A stretch of DNA of 32,000 bases from an uncultured Erysipelotrichaceae bacterium (GCA_942492995.1 OW818653.1:1140001-1172000); one strand, 5' to 3'. Counted from the stretch's first letter, positions 8,159 through 15,443 are shown. Notes: generated from the sequence alone by a model not told the origin. A program made the numbers and translations.

Positions 8159-8601
8159 TGTGCGTCTCTTTTACTTCTTAACGTATAGTTTAGTTCAGTC
8201 GTATCATCCTTATCGTTTAGATATATAACTTGAACTCTATCATTAGATAAATTAAAACTTAGATTATTTAGTTTAGCTATTCTTTGACCGGAAGTTTCTA
8301 ATTTATAATCAACTTCTGAAACTTGTTCAACTAAGAAACCATCTTCTTCATAGATTAATGTAAAATACCCATCATGGTTTATTAAAATATAATCTTCATT
8401 GATTATCAACTTATCACTCGTATCAGACTGATTAAATCGATGATTAAAGTACAATAAAATCGTTCTTTGGTTCATTGATATCTCTGATTCAGTCGTCATA
8501 GATTGATAAAAGTTAGCCCCTAAATAGATGGTAAAAACCATGATAAAAACAAACCCACTTAATACAATCCATTGTAAGAATTGATTAGATATTCGTTTCA
8601 T
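8155..8601 (-). CDS. small bitopic protein (148 aa), unknown (pseudopilin- or PilN/O-like topology)
   Basis: MKRISNQFLQWIVLSGFVFIMVFTIYL forms an N-terminal anchor followed by a soluble domain. It has ATGA overlaps with the neighbouring genes at both ends. Confidence 0.55.
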   Translation of the reverse strand: MKRISNQFLQWIVLSGFVFIMVFTIYLGANFYQSMTTESEISMNQRTILLYFNHRFNQSDTSDKLIINEDYILINHDGYFTLIYEEDGFLVEQVSEVDYKLETSGQRIAKLNNLSFNLSNDRVQVIYLNDKDDTTELNYTLRSKRDAQ

Positions 8602-8894
8602 TGGTTTAATCCTTTTCTAAATACAGTCACATCAGGTCTAATATTGGACGCAAAGCTCTTAAAACTTATGTAGTATAGTCTTTCATCTATGATTAATCCG
8701 TAATTATCAATTAGATAATCAATTTTAGCAGGATAGAATCCTTCTTGTGCATAACAAAGATTCAGAGATCGTTGAATCGCTGACTCTACTTGTTCTATTT
8801 GATATTGTGTATTCGTTTGTTGGATTAGATTCGCCAATGGAATACTTAATATCAATAGAGATAGTGTTACACCAATAAAGATTAACTTTTTCAT
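8598..8894 (-). CDS. small bitopic protein (98 aa), unknown
   Basis: MKKLIFIGVTLSLLILSIPL forms an N-terminal hydrophobic helix. Its ATG directly abuts the TAA stop of the GspF-like gene (TAAATG). Confidence 0.55.
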   Translation of the reverse strand: MKKLIFIGVTLSLLILSIPLANLIQQTNTQYQIEQVESAIQRSLNLCYAQEGFYPAKIDYLIDNYGLIIDERLYYISFKSFASNIRPDVTVFRKGLNQ

Positions 8895-9920
8895 TTAAAA
8901 CCCAAGTGTTTGCATCGCTTGTAATAATGGAACAAGCAATGATAGTAAAACAGACCCAACTCCTAATGCTAGAATAACTAAAATGATTGGTTCTATGCGA
9001 TTAAACGCTTTCTCTAAAACACGATCAGATTCAATCTGTGTTGTTTCACTAACTCTTTTCAATGTATTCTCTAAATTACCTGATTTATACGCTAAGCGTA
9101 TTGTATTCTGTGTAAAAGCTGGATAGATATCCGTCTTTAATATTAAGTCGATAATCGTTTCTTGATCACCTAATTGTACAGATTTTAATTTTCGATAAAG
9201 CTCTCTTTTTGGTAGATAATCAAATATTAAGTCGAGAGCAGAATGGTTATTAACGCCCGACTCTACCATTAATTCAACAAGATACGAGAAATAAGCTAAA
9301 TCAGTTTTATATAAACTTTTTGGTATTAGATTTAACACATGATCAATAACATCATTTGATTCTGGATGATTGTACTTATGAATTGTAATATAGATAGCCC
9401 AAAGTACAAAGATAACAATGAATATAATTCCGATGCTTGAGATGACATTAATACCATTCAATAAAATATTTATCCAAACTGGATACGAACCACCTAAGTT
9501 GATAAATATAGATTGGAAGATTGGTAGCACAACAAAGCTTAGTACATTTAATACAATAATCAATATCGTAAATAATACGAAAGGTAAATAAAGTAAATCC
9601 ATTAATTCTTTACGATAATTTGCTTTACGTTGATAAAATATCGCTAAATGCTTAAGAATTGATTCTTGTTTCCCTATCTCACTTGCAACATCCATGCTTG
9701 AAATTAATAGTTTATCGAACTGTTCTGTTCTTCTGATAGATTCTTCAAAACTATTACTTTCACGATAATATGAAAGAATCAGTTTATAATCGATTTCTGA
9801 GTGCTGTTCTGATAGTAAAATCAATCCATCCTCAAGTGGTAAGCCATTCTCAAAAATCATGGCACATTGCGTACAAAATACACTGTGAATATTATCATCA
9901 TACATTCTTAATTTTGCCAT
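8895..9920 (-). CDS. GspF/PilC/ComGB-like type II secretion system F-family platform protein
   Basis: The 341-aa protein has two cytoplasmic helical T2SSF-like halves (F..L..M.E.G..L..AL..) separated by TM segments, plus a C-terminal TM ending in ...LLVPLLQAMQTLGF. An AAAGGGG Shine-Dalgarno sequence lies upstream. Confidence 0.75.
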   Translation of the reverse strand: MAKLRMYDDNIHSVFCTQCAMIFENGLPLEDGLILLSEQHSEIDYKLILSYYRESNSFEESIRRTEQFDKLLISSMDVASEIGKQESILKHLAIFYQRKANYRKELMDLLYLPFVLFTILIIVLNVLSFVVLPIFQSIFINLGGSYPVWINILLNGINVISSIGIIFIVIFVLWAIYITIHKYNHPESNDVIDHVLNLIPKSLYKTDLAYFSYLVELMVESGVNNHSALDLIFDYLPKRELYRKLKSVQLGDQETIIDLILKTDIYPAFTQNTIRLAYKSGNLENTLKRVSETTQIESDRVLEKAFNRIEPIILVILALGVGSVLLSLLVPLLQAMQTLGF

Positions 9921-9932
9921 AGTGTTACCCCT

Positions 9933-10862
9933 TTAATAATAATCCTGTTCTTGATATTCACCATTATATGAACCCATAGAATCAAATGTCGGGTCTACTC
10001 TCTTCCAAACCTCTGCTTCAAAATAAATACTGGGATTAATCCAACCAATATCTTTAATATATACATCAACCCACGCATGATATCCTTGTTCAACATAGCC
10101 TGTCACAACTCGTGTTGGAATGTGTTGGACTCTTAACATCGCAGTCATAAGTGAAGCGTAATCAAAACAAATTCCTTTCTCTATTAAATATGTTTCATCA
10201 ATTATTGGTAATATAAACTTCGTCTGAGCGACCTCAGCTTTGTCATAATCATACTCGATATTATTAATAATATACTGATAAACTTCATATACTCTTTCTA
10301 TTTCACTATCCGCATCAACGGTTAATTCAAATGATTTCATAATCGCTTTTGTCTCTTTATTGTAATCCACAATTTGATTGGGATAGAGATACGATGACGT
10401 TTCATCAATTAATGTGACATCTATTTTAGTTGATGCACTTACAACATAAGAACTTCCTTCTTTATTCTTTAACAATCGTATCGAATACACTCCATCACCC
10501 ATTTGCATCGGTATAATTACATACTGATTTGGGACAAGAGAATACGTATAAACAGTATCATTCATAGAAACTTGTGCTTTAAGATCTACATTGCTATCTG
10601 GCGCAAGTATACTAATATAACCAAATTCCGCATTCGAATAATCGATTTCATACCCATTAGATTCAAATACTAATTTACCAGGTTGTGTTGGCCATAGAAT
10701 CTCTTCAAAGGTATATTTCTTAGAACTCTCACCAACTGATGGATACTTTTCAAATACATTTAGATTTTGCGCTTGGCATCCAGATAAAAACAATAGAAGC
10801 ACAATTAATACGCACCTTATCTTAATTGTAAAAGTATGTTTGAGATTGTTTGAGATTGTCAT
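9933..10862 (-). CDS. transglutaminase-like (papain-fold Cys-His-Asp) lipoprotein
   Basis: It has a lipobox, LLFLSG-C (Cys29). The C-terminal core carries Cys (KGICFDYASLMTAMLR), His (GYHAWVDVY) and Asp (KRVDPT) in transglutaminase-core order. No Shine-Dalgarno sequence precedes the ATG. Confidence 0.75.
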   Translation of the reverse strand: MTISNNLKHTFTIKIRCVLIVLLLFLSGCQAQNLNVFEKYPSVGESSKKYTFEEILWPTQPGKLVFESNGYEIDYSNAEFGYISILAPDSNVDLKAQVSMNDTVYTYSLVPNQYVIIPMQMGDGVYSIRLLKNKEGSSYVVSASTKIDVTLIDETSSYLYPNQIVDYNKETKAIMKSFELTVDADSEIERVYEVYQYIINNIEYDYDKAEVAQTKFILPIIDETYLIEKGICFDYASLMTAMLRVQHIPTRVVTGYVEQGYHAWVDVYIKDIGWINPSIYFEAEVWKRVDPTFDSMGSYNGEYQEQDYY

Positions 10863-10878
10863 TTTATTACTTTATTTC

Positions 10879-10887
10879 ATTATAGCA
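10879..10887 (-). promoter_or_regulatory. candidate extended -10 promoter (TGCTATAAT) for the transglutaminase-to-pilT cluster
   Basis: On the minus strand, TGCTATAATGA lies immediately after the terminator of the giant gene and 16 nt before ATG 10862. An identical TGCTATAATGA follows the terminator at 15956-15992. Confidence 0.35.
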
Positions 10888-10889
10888 TA

Positions 10890-10920
10890 ACAATAAAAAA
10901 AGAAGCCCGGAGGCTTCTTC
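10890..10920 (-). terminator. intrinsic terminator directly after the giant adhesin gene
   Basis: On the minus strand, GAAGAAGCC-tccg-GGCTTCTTT forms a GC-rich 9-bp stem followed by TTTTTTATT. It starts right after the TAA stop. Confidence 0.8.
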
Positions 10921-13900
10921 TTATAATCTAATTAATGTTTCGAATGAATCATCGATACCTTCAGGTATTGTTGCTGAATGAATAACTTTACCATTTAATT
11001 GGAAGTTAACAGTAACGCCACCACAATGTTTCGCTAAACGTTTGAAGAATTCGATTTCGATTGTTTGAACTTCAACTAAGTCTTTATCACTTAATTCCAC
11101 AACCATTGTCTTTTCATCTGGTTTAGCTAAACGTCTACGAACTACTTTCTGATTATTTGCTTTATCTGTTAAGATGTATTTCATATTAGGTCTTAAGAAC
11201 GCTAGTAACCATAATAGTAATCCAGCAAGTAGAGCTAGTAACCACCATAACCAGTCGTTATTCACGGCTGCTAGAGGTGTTTCAGGTTCTACAATAATAA
11301 TTTCTTCTGTTACATCTATTGTGATTTCTCCAATATTTGAATCATCTGTTCCATCATTTGCGATGAAAGTGAAACTATCTGTACCTTCGAATCCATCATT
11401 TGGAGTATATGTAAATGTTCCATCAGGATTGAATACGATTGTGCCATTTGTAGGATCAGTCACTAAACTAAATGTTAATGCGTCTCCATCTGGATCTGTA
11501 CCAGTTGCAGCACCATCGACAGGTTCTTCAAATGGAGTAGATAATGTATCATCTACAACAACTGGAGCACCATTAGGAGCTGGTGGAGGAGGAAGTGTTG
11601 TTACAGTAATTGTTACTGTAGCATTCGAAGTGTGAACACCGTCGAATACTTCAAATAAGAAACTATCACTGGTAGTAGCACCACCATTATGCGTATAACT
11701 AAATGTACCATCTACGTTTACAACTACACTACCGTTTGCTGTACCTGATAATAAACTAAAGCTTAATGGAGCTCCTTCAGGATCACTACCAGTTAATGTT
11801 CCACCCACAGTTCCACCTGTTAATACAGTTAGAGCTTGAGCAAATGCGACTGGAGGAAGATTGACTACTGGAGCCGCCAATACAGTTACAGTAACTGTTG
11901 CGGTAGAAGTTAGTTGACCATCTGTAACACTGAATACGAATGTATCGCTAAGTGTAGCAGAACCGTTATGTGTATACGTATATTCGCCTGTTGGGCTAAC
12001 AGTTGCTGTACCGTTAGTTGCAGGAGTTAATAAACTAAATACTAATGTATCTGCAGGAACATCCAAATCACTAGCAGTAACTAAACCATTACTTGAACCA
12101 GCATTCGGAACGATGAAGGCTAATGGATTTGCAACAGGAGGATCATTTACAGGTGTAACATCTATTACAACTGTAACGACATTCGAGTCTAGTAATCCGT
12201 CAGATACAAGGTAATCAAAGGAATCTAAACCAACATAGTTTTCATTTGGTGTGTAGGTAAACGAACCATCCACATTGAATAATAATGAACCAAATAACGT
12301 ACTTGTTTGAATACTTGGAGTTAATGAATCACCATCAACATCAGAATCATTTATCAAGACACCAGGAGCAGCGATAACTAATGCTGTATCTTCAGGTGTA
12401 TCATAATTGTCACCTACAGCAACTGGAGCATCATTAATTGGGTTAACTGTAATTGTTACAGTAGCGTAAGCTCTTAACTTACCATCACTAACGCCAAACA
12501 TGAAGCTATCTGGACCATGATAATCAGCATCTGGTGTATATGTACGACTTGCGCCAGTACCACTTAATGTTCCATGTAATGGAGCTTCAGTAATACCATA
12601 AATCAACGAATCGCCATCAACATCACTAGCTACAAAGTTAATTAATATTGGAGTATCTTCATCTGTAATAACTTCATCATCTTCAGCTACTGGACGATCA
12701 TTTAACGGAGTAACATCGATTGTGATTGTAGCAGATGCACGATAGAAGCCATCACTTAATGCGAATGTAAAGCTATCAGGACCAGTATAATTCAAGTCCG
12801 GAGTATATGTACGATTTGCACCAGTTCCAGTTAATACACCGTGTGCAGGACCTGTTAAGATACCAAACACTAATGTACTACCTTCAGTATCACTACCTGT
12901 TAAAGTAATAGGAAGTGGTGTTTCTTCTGGAGTTGTCAAATCTTGAGGATCAGCGATAGGACGATCATTAACAGCAGTAACAGTAATTGTTACAACTGCA
13001 GTATCAGTTTTTTCGCCATCACTCACTTCAAATGTAAAGCTATCAGGACCAAAGTAATTTGCGTCTGGAGTATATGTACGGTTTTCACCAGTACCACTTA
13101 ATACACCATGTAATGGACCTGTTTCAATATCGAATGTTAATGTTGTGCCTTCTGGATCACTACCCGTTAATGTAATTGGTAATGGAATATCTTCAGGCGT
13201 ATTTAGAGTTTGAGGATCTGCATCAGGAGCGTCATTGAAATCTAACACTGTAATTGAAACTGTTGCAGGAGCACTAAATGTTACACCACCATCATCACTG
13301 ACTCTGAATGTAAAGCTATCTGAACTTGTTTCACTTCCATCATGTACGTATTCAAATACGCCTAATCCATTTAAATCAATTGTTCCATTTGCTGGAGAAC
13401 CAACTAATTCGAATGTTAATGCATCGCCATCATCATCTTGACCTGTTACTGATCCATTGTATGTTCCACCTTCAAGTACATCGAAAGCTTTTGGATTAGC
13501 GACAGGATTATCTTCTTCTGAAGTAATATTTAATGTGACTAATGCGGTAGCAGTTCCACCATTTCCATCGGTTATACGATAGACAAATGAATCTGTACCA
13601 TGGAAATTAGCATATGGAGTATATGTGAACGAGCCGTCTGGATTTAAAACTAAGACTCCATTAACTGGTTCTGATCCAATTACTAATGAAACACTTAAGC
13701 CATTATTTTCAACATCTGAATCATTAGATTTAACACCAGGTGCTGCAACAACTAATTGAATATCTTCAGTTGTAGTATATTCATCTGGATTTGCGATTGG
13801 TAAATCGTTTATTGGATTTACTGTTACAAATACTGTAGCAATACTTCCACCATTAATTGTATATGTAAACTGATCTGGTCCAAAGTAATCAGCAGTTGGA

Positions 13901-15423
13901 GTGTACTTAATTGTACCATCAAGATTTAAAACTGCTGTTCCATGAGCTGGAGAACCAACTAATGTAACCATTAAAGGACCGCTATCGATATCTGTATCAT
14001 TCGCTATTACATTAATGTCAATTTCAACATCTTCATCAGTAGTAGCAACATCATTTACTGCAACTGGAGCATCATCGATTGGATTAACAGTTACGGTAAC
14101 TGTAGCAACACTTCCACCATTCAATGTATATGTGAATGTGTCAACTCCAACGAAGTTTGCGTTTGGTGTGTACTTGATTGTACCATTAGGGTTTTCAACT
14201 GCTGTTCCATTAGATGGAGAAGTAACACTTGTAACTTCTTTTAAACCTGCATCGATATCTGTATCATTTAATAATACGTCGATATCAATAGCAACTTCTT
14301 CATCAGTTGAAGTAACATCATCTACAGCAACTGGTAAATCATCTAAATTTGCTACATTTATTGTAATTGTTGCATATGCAGAATTTGCATATCCATCATT
14401 TACTCTAAATGTGAATGAATCTGAACCAAAGAAATTTAAATTAGGTGTATACGTCAAATTAGGTAACGTTCCACTTAGCACACCATTTGCTGGTGTACCA
14501 ACATCGACAAAGCTAATAACTTGCGAAACATCCGCATCAGATCCAGTTAAAGTAATTCCAATTGGAACTTCTTCATTTGTATTTAATGTTTGAGGATCCG
14601 CAACTGGAATAGCATTTATTGTATTAACTAAAACAGCTGCACTTGACGTTAATATTGTTCCACCTGATGTTGTACCTGTAGCTGTATTATTTACAGTGAC
14701 AGGATCCATAGATGACTGATCAATATTATGAACATAAGTGTAAATTGCTGGAAGTGTAAATACACGTGGACTTGATAGATCCATTGGATCAGTTACTGTC
14801 AAAGTACCATCTGCATTTATAACATCTGGATTCTTAACATTTATTGCTGGAGTTAAAATACTTAATCCAGTATTTGTAAGATCTGTTTCACCAAATATTT
14901 GAATTGTAATCTTGAATGGTGAAATTGTTTCTAAAACTGCTTCATTGATTGTAAACGATGTTGTATAGGTTTCAGTAATTGTTTGATCCGCAACATCAGT
15001 AAAAGTATCAATAACAGCTTCCGAATAGATTGGACTTCCACTTGGATGAGCAATTAGTGATCTAACACTAAAGTCAGCAGGTGTTGTTCCAGTTAATTCA
15101 TACGTAACTGTGTACGTCAAACTAAATGTAATGTCTGTAGTTTGAGATACATCGACCGTATAAGTTACATTCTCATTTCCATCGACTGCTAAATTAAGTA
15201 CTGGTTTATCAACTGTTTTGATTATACCCCAGTATGTGTTAGCAATAACACTACCCGTAACATCTGGTTTGTTTACACCAACTGCTAATGATGTAGGTGT
15301 TAATACTGTTGGTAAGACACCTCCATCGCCTGGTTTAGCATAAACGTTTAAAAATGGCGTTCGATCGACAAGTAATAGAGCTATTATCAATATTCTCGTC
15401 AATCGGTTGAGTAAGTTCTTCAT
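10921..15423 (-). CDS. giant (1500 aa) surface repeat protein/adhesin: signal peptide, N-terminal beta-rich region, 12 cadherin-like (tandem-95/VCBS-type) repeats, C-terminal TM anchor, cytoplasmic tail
   Basis: A GGGAGG Shine-Dalgarno sequence at 15436-15431 precedes the start. The Sec signal is MKNLLNRLTRILIIALLLV...VYA/KPG. The repeats carry the motifs [AL]PVA.D, D.D.D/DGD and G.F.YTP...F.G.DSF.Y...D. The TM helix is WLWWLLALLAGLLLWLLAFL. There is no LPXTG. Confidence 0.9.
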   Translation of the reverse strand: MKNLLNRLTRILIIALLLVDRTPFLNVYAKPGDGGVLPTVLTPTSLAVGVNKPDVTGSVIANTYWGIIKTVDKPVLNLAVDGNENVTYTVDVSQTTDITFSLTYTVTYELTGTTPADFSVRSLIAHPSGSPIYSEAVIDTFTDVADQTITETYTTSFTINEAVLETISPFKITIQIFGETDLTNTGLSILTPAINVKNPDVINADGTLTVTDPMDLSSPRVFTLPAIYTYVHNIDQSSMDPVTVNNTATGTTSGGTILTSSAAVLVNTINAIPVADPQTLNTNEEVPIGITLTGSDADVSQVISFVDVGTPANGVLSGTLPNLTYTPNLNFFGSDSFTFRVNDGYANSAYATITINVANLDDLPVAVDDVTSTDEEVAIDIDVLLNDTDIDAGLKEVTSVTSPSNGTAVENPNGTIKYTPNANFVGVDTFTYTLNGGSVATVTVTVNPIDDAPVAVNDVATTDEDVEIDINVIANDTDIDSGPLMVTLVGSPAHGTAVLNLDGTIKYTPTADYFGPDQFTYTINGGSIATVFVTVNPINDLPIANPDEYTTTEDIQLVVAAPGVKSNDSDVENNGLSVSLVIGSEPVNGVLVLNPDGSFTYTPYANFHGTDSFVYRITDGNGGTATALVTLNITSEEDNPVANPKAFDVLEGGTYNGSVTGQDDDGDALTFELVGSPANGTIDLNGLGVFEYVHDGSETSSDSFTFRVSDDGGVTFSAPATVSITVLDFNDAPDADPQTLNTPEDIPLPITLTGSDPEGTTLTFDIETGPLHGVLSGTGENRTYTPDANYFGPDSFTFEVSDGEKTDTAVVTITVTAVNDRPIADPQDLTTPEETPLPITLTGSDTEGSTLVFGILTGPAHGVLTGTGANRTYTPDLNYTGPDSFTFALSDGFYRASATITIDVTPLNDRPVAEDDEVITDEDTPILINFVASDVDGDSLIYGITEAPLHGTLSGTGASRTYTPDADYHGPDSFMFGVSDGKLRAYATVTITVNPINDAPVAVGDNYDTPEDTALVIAAPGVLINDSDVDGDSLTPSIQTSTLFGSLLFNVDGSFTYTPNENYVGLDSFDYLVSDGLLDSNVVTVVIDVTPVNDPPVANPLAFIVPNAGSSNGLVTASDLDVPADTLVFSLLTPATNGTATVSPTGEYTYTHNGSATLSDTFVFSVTDGQLTSTATVTVTVLAAPVVNLPPVAFAQALTVLTGGTVGGTLTGSDPEGAPLSFSLLSGTANGSVVVNVDGTFSYTHNGGATTSDSFLFEVFDGVHTSNATVTITVTTLPPPPAPNGAPVVVDDTLSTPFEEPVDGAATGTDPDGDALTFSLVTDPTNGTIVFNPDGTFTYTPNDGFEGTDSFTFIANDGTDDSNIGEITIDVTEEIIIVEPETPLAAVNNDWLWWLLALLAGLLLWLLAFLRPNMKYILTDKANNQKVVRRRLAKPDEKTMVVELSDKDLVEVQTIEIEFFKRLAKHCGGVTVNFQLNGKVIHSATIPEGIDDSFETLIRL
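11308..14610 (-). repeat. 12 tandem coding repeats of 87-98 codons (~260-295 bp period) inside the giant gene
   Basis: In the translation, repeat starts fall at aa 272, 363, 452, 541, 639, 732, 821, 910, 999, 1095, 1189 and 1286, and the array ends near aa 1372. Recurrent DNA strings such as GGACCA(A/G)..TAAT..GC.TCTGGAGTATATGTACG are visible in several units. Confidence 0.85.
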
Positions 15424-15443
15424 ATAATTTCCTCCCTTTTGTT

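Noticed and set aside
7353-8894. Canonical type IV prepilin (class III) signal peptides in the four small proteins.
   Set aside because: None contains the G/(F,M)TL(I,L)E motif. The best candidate (7781-8158) has Glu(+5) but Arg at -1. I therefore describe them only as pilin-sized bitopic proteins and do not call them pilins.
10924-11193. A PilZ (c-di-GMP-binding) domain in the cytoplasmic tail of the adhesin.
   Set aside because: Only loose matches exist: RRLAK in place of RxxxR and ELSDKD in place of D/NxSxxG. They are about 10 residues apart, whereas a PilZ domain has roughly 20 or more. The call cannot be supported from sequence alone, so I kept it only as a testable idea.
11174-14593. 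Long plus-strand ORFs antisense to the giant adhesin gene: 11174-11635 (153 aa), 13235-13441 (68 aa) and 14015-14593 (192 aa).
   Set aside because: Their translations are low-complexity Ser/Thr/Val/Pro strings that mirror the repeat codons of the minus-strand gene. They have no Shine-Dalgarno sequences. The minus-strand frame is an uninterrupted 1500 codons with clear domain logic.
10921-15423. An LPXTG sortase signal or another wall-anchoring module in the giant protein.
   Set aside because: I scanned the C-terminal 150 residues and the whole sequence by eye. No LPXTG-like pentapeptide precedes the hydrophobic segment, and a 90-aa structured tail follows it rather than a short basic stop-transfer tail.
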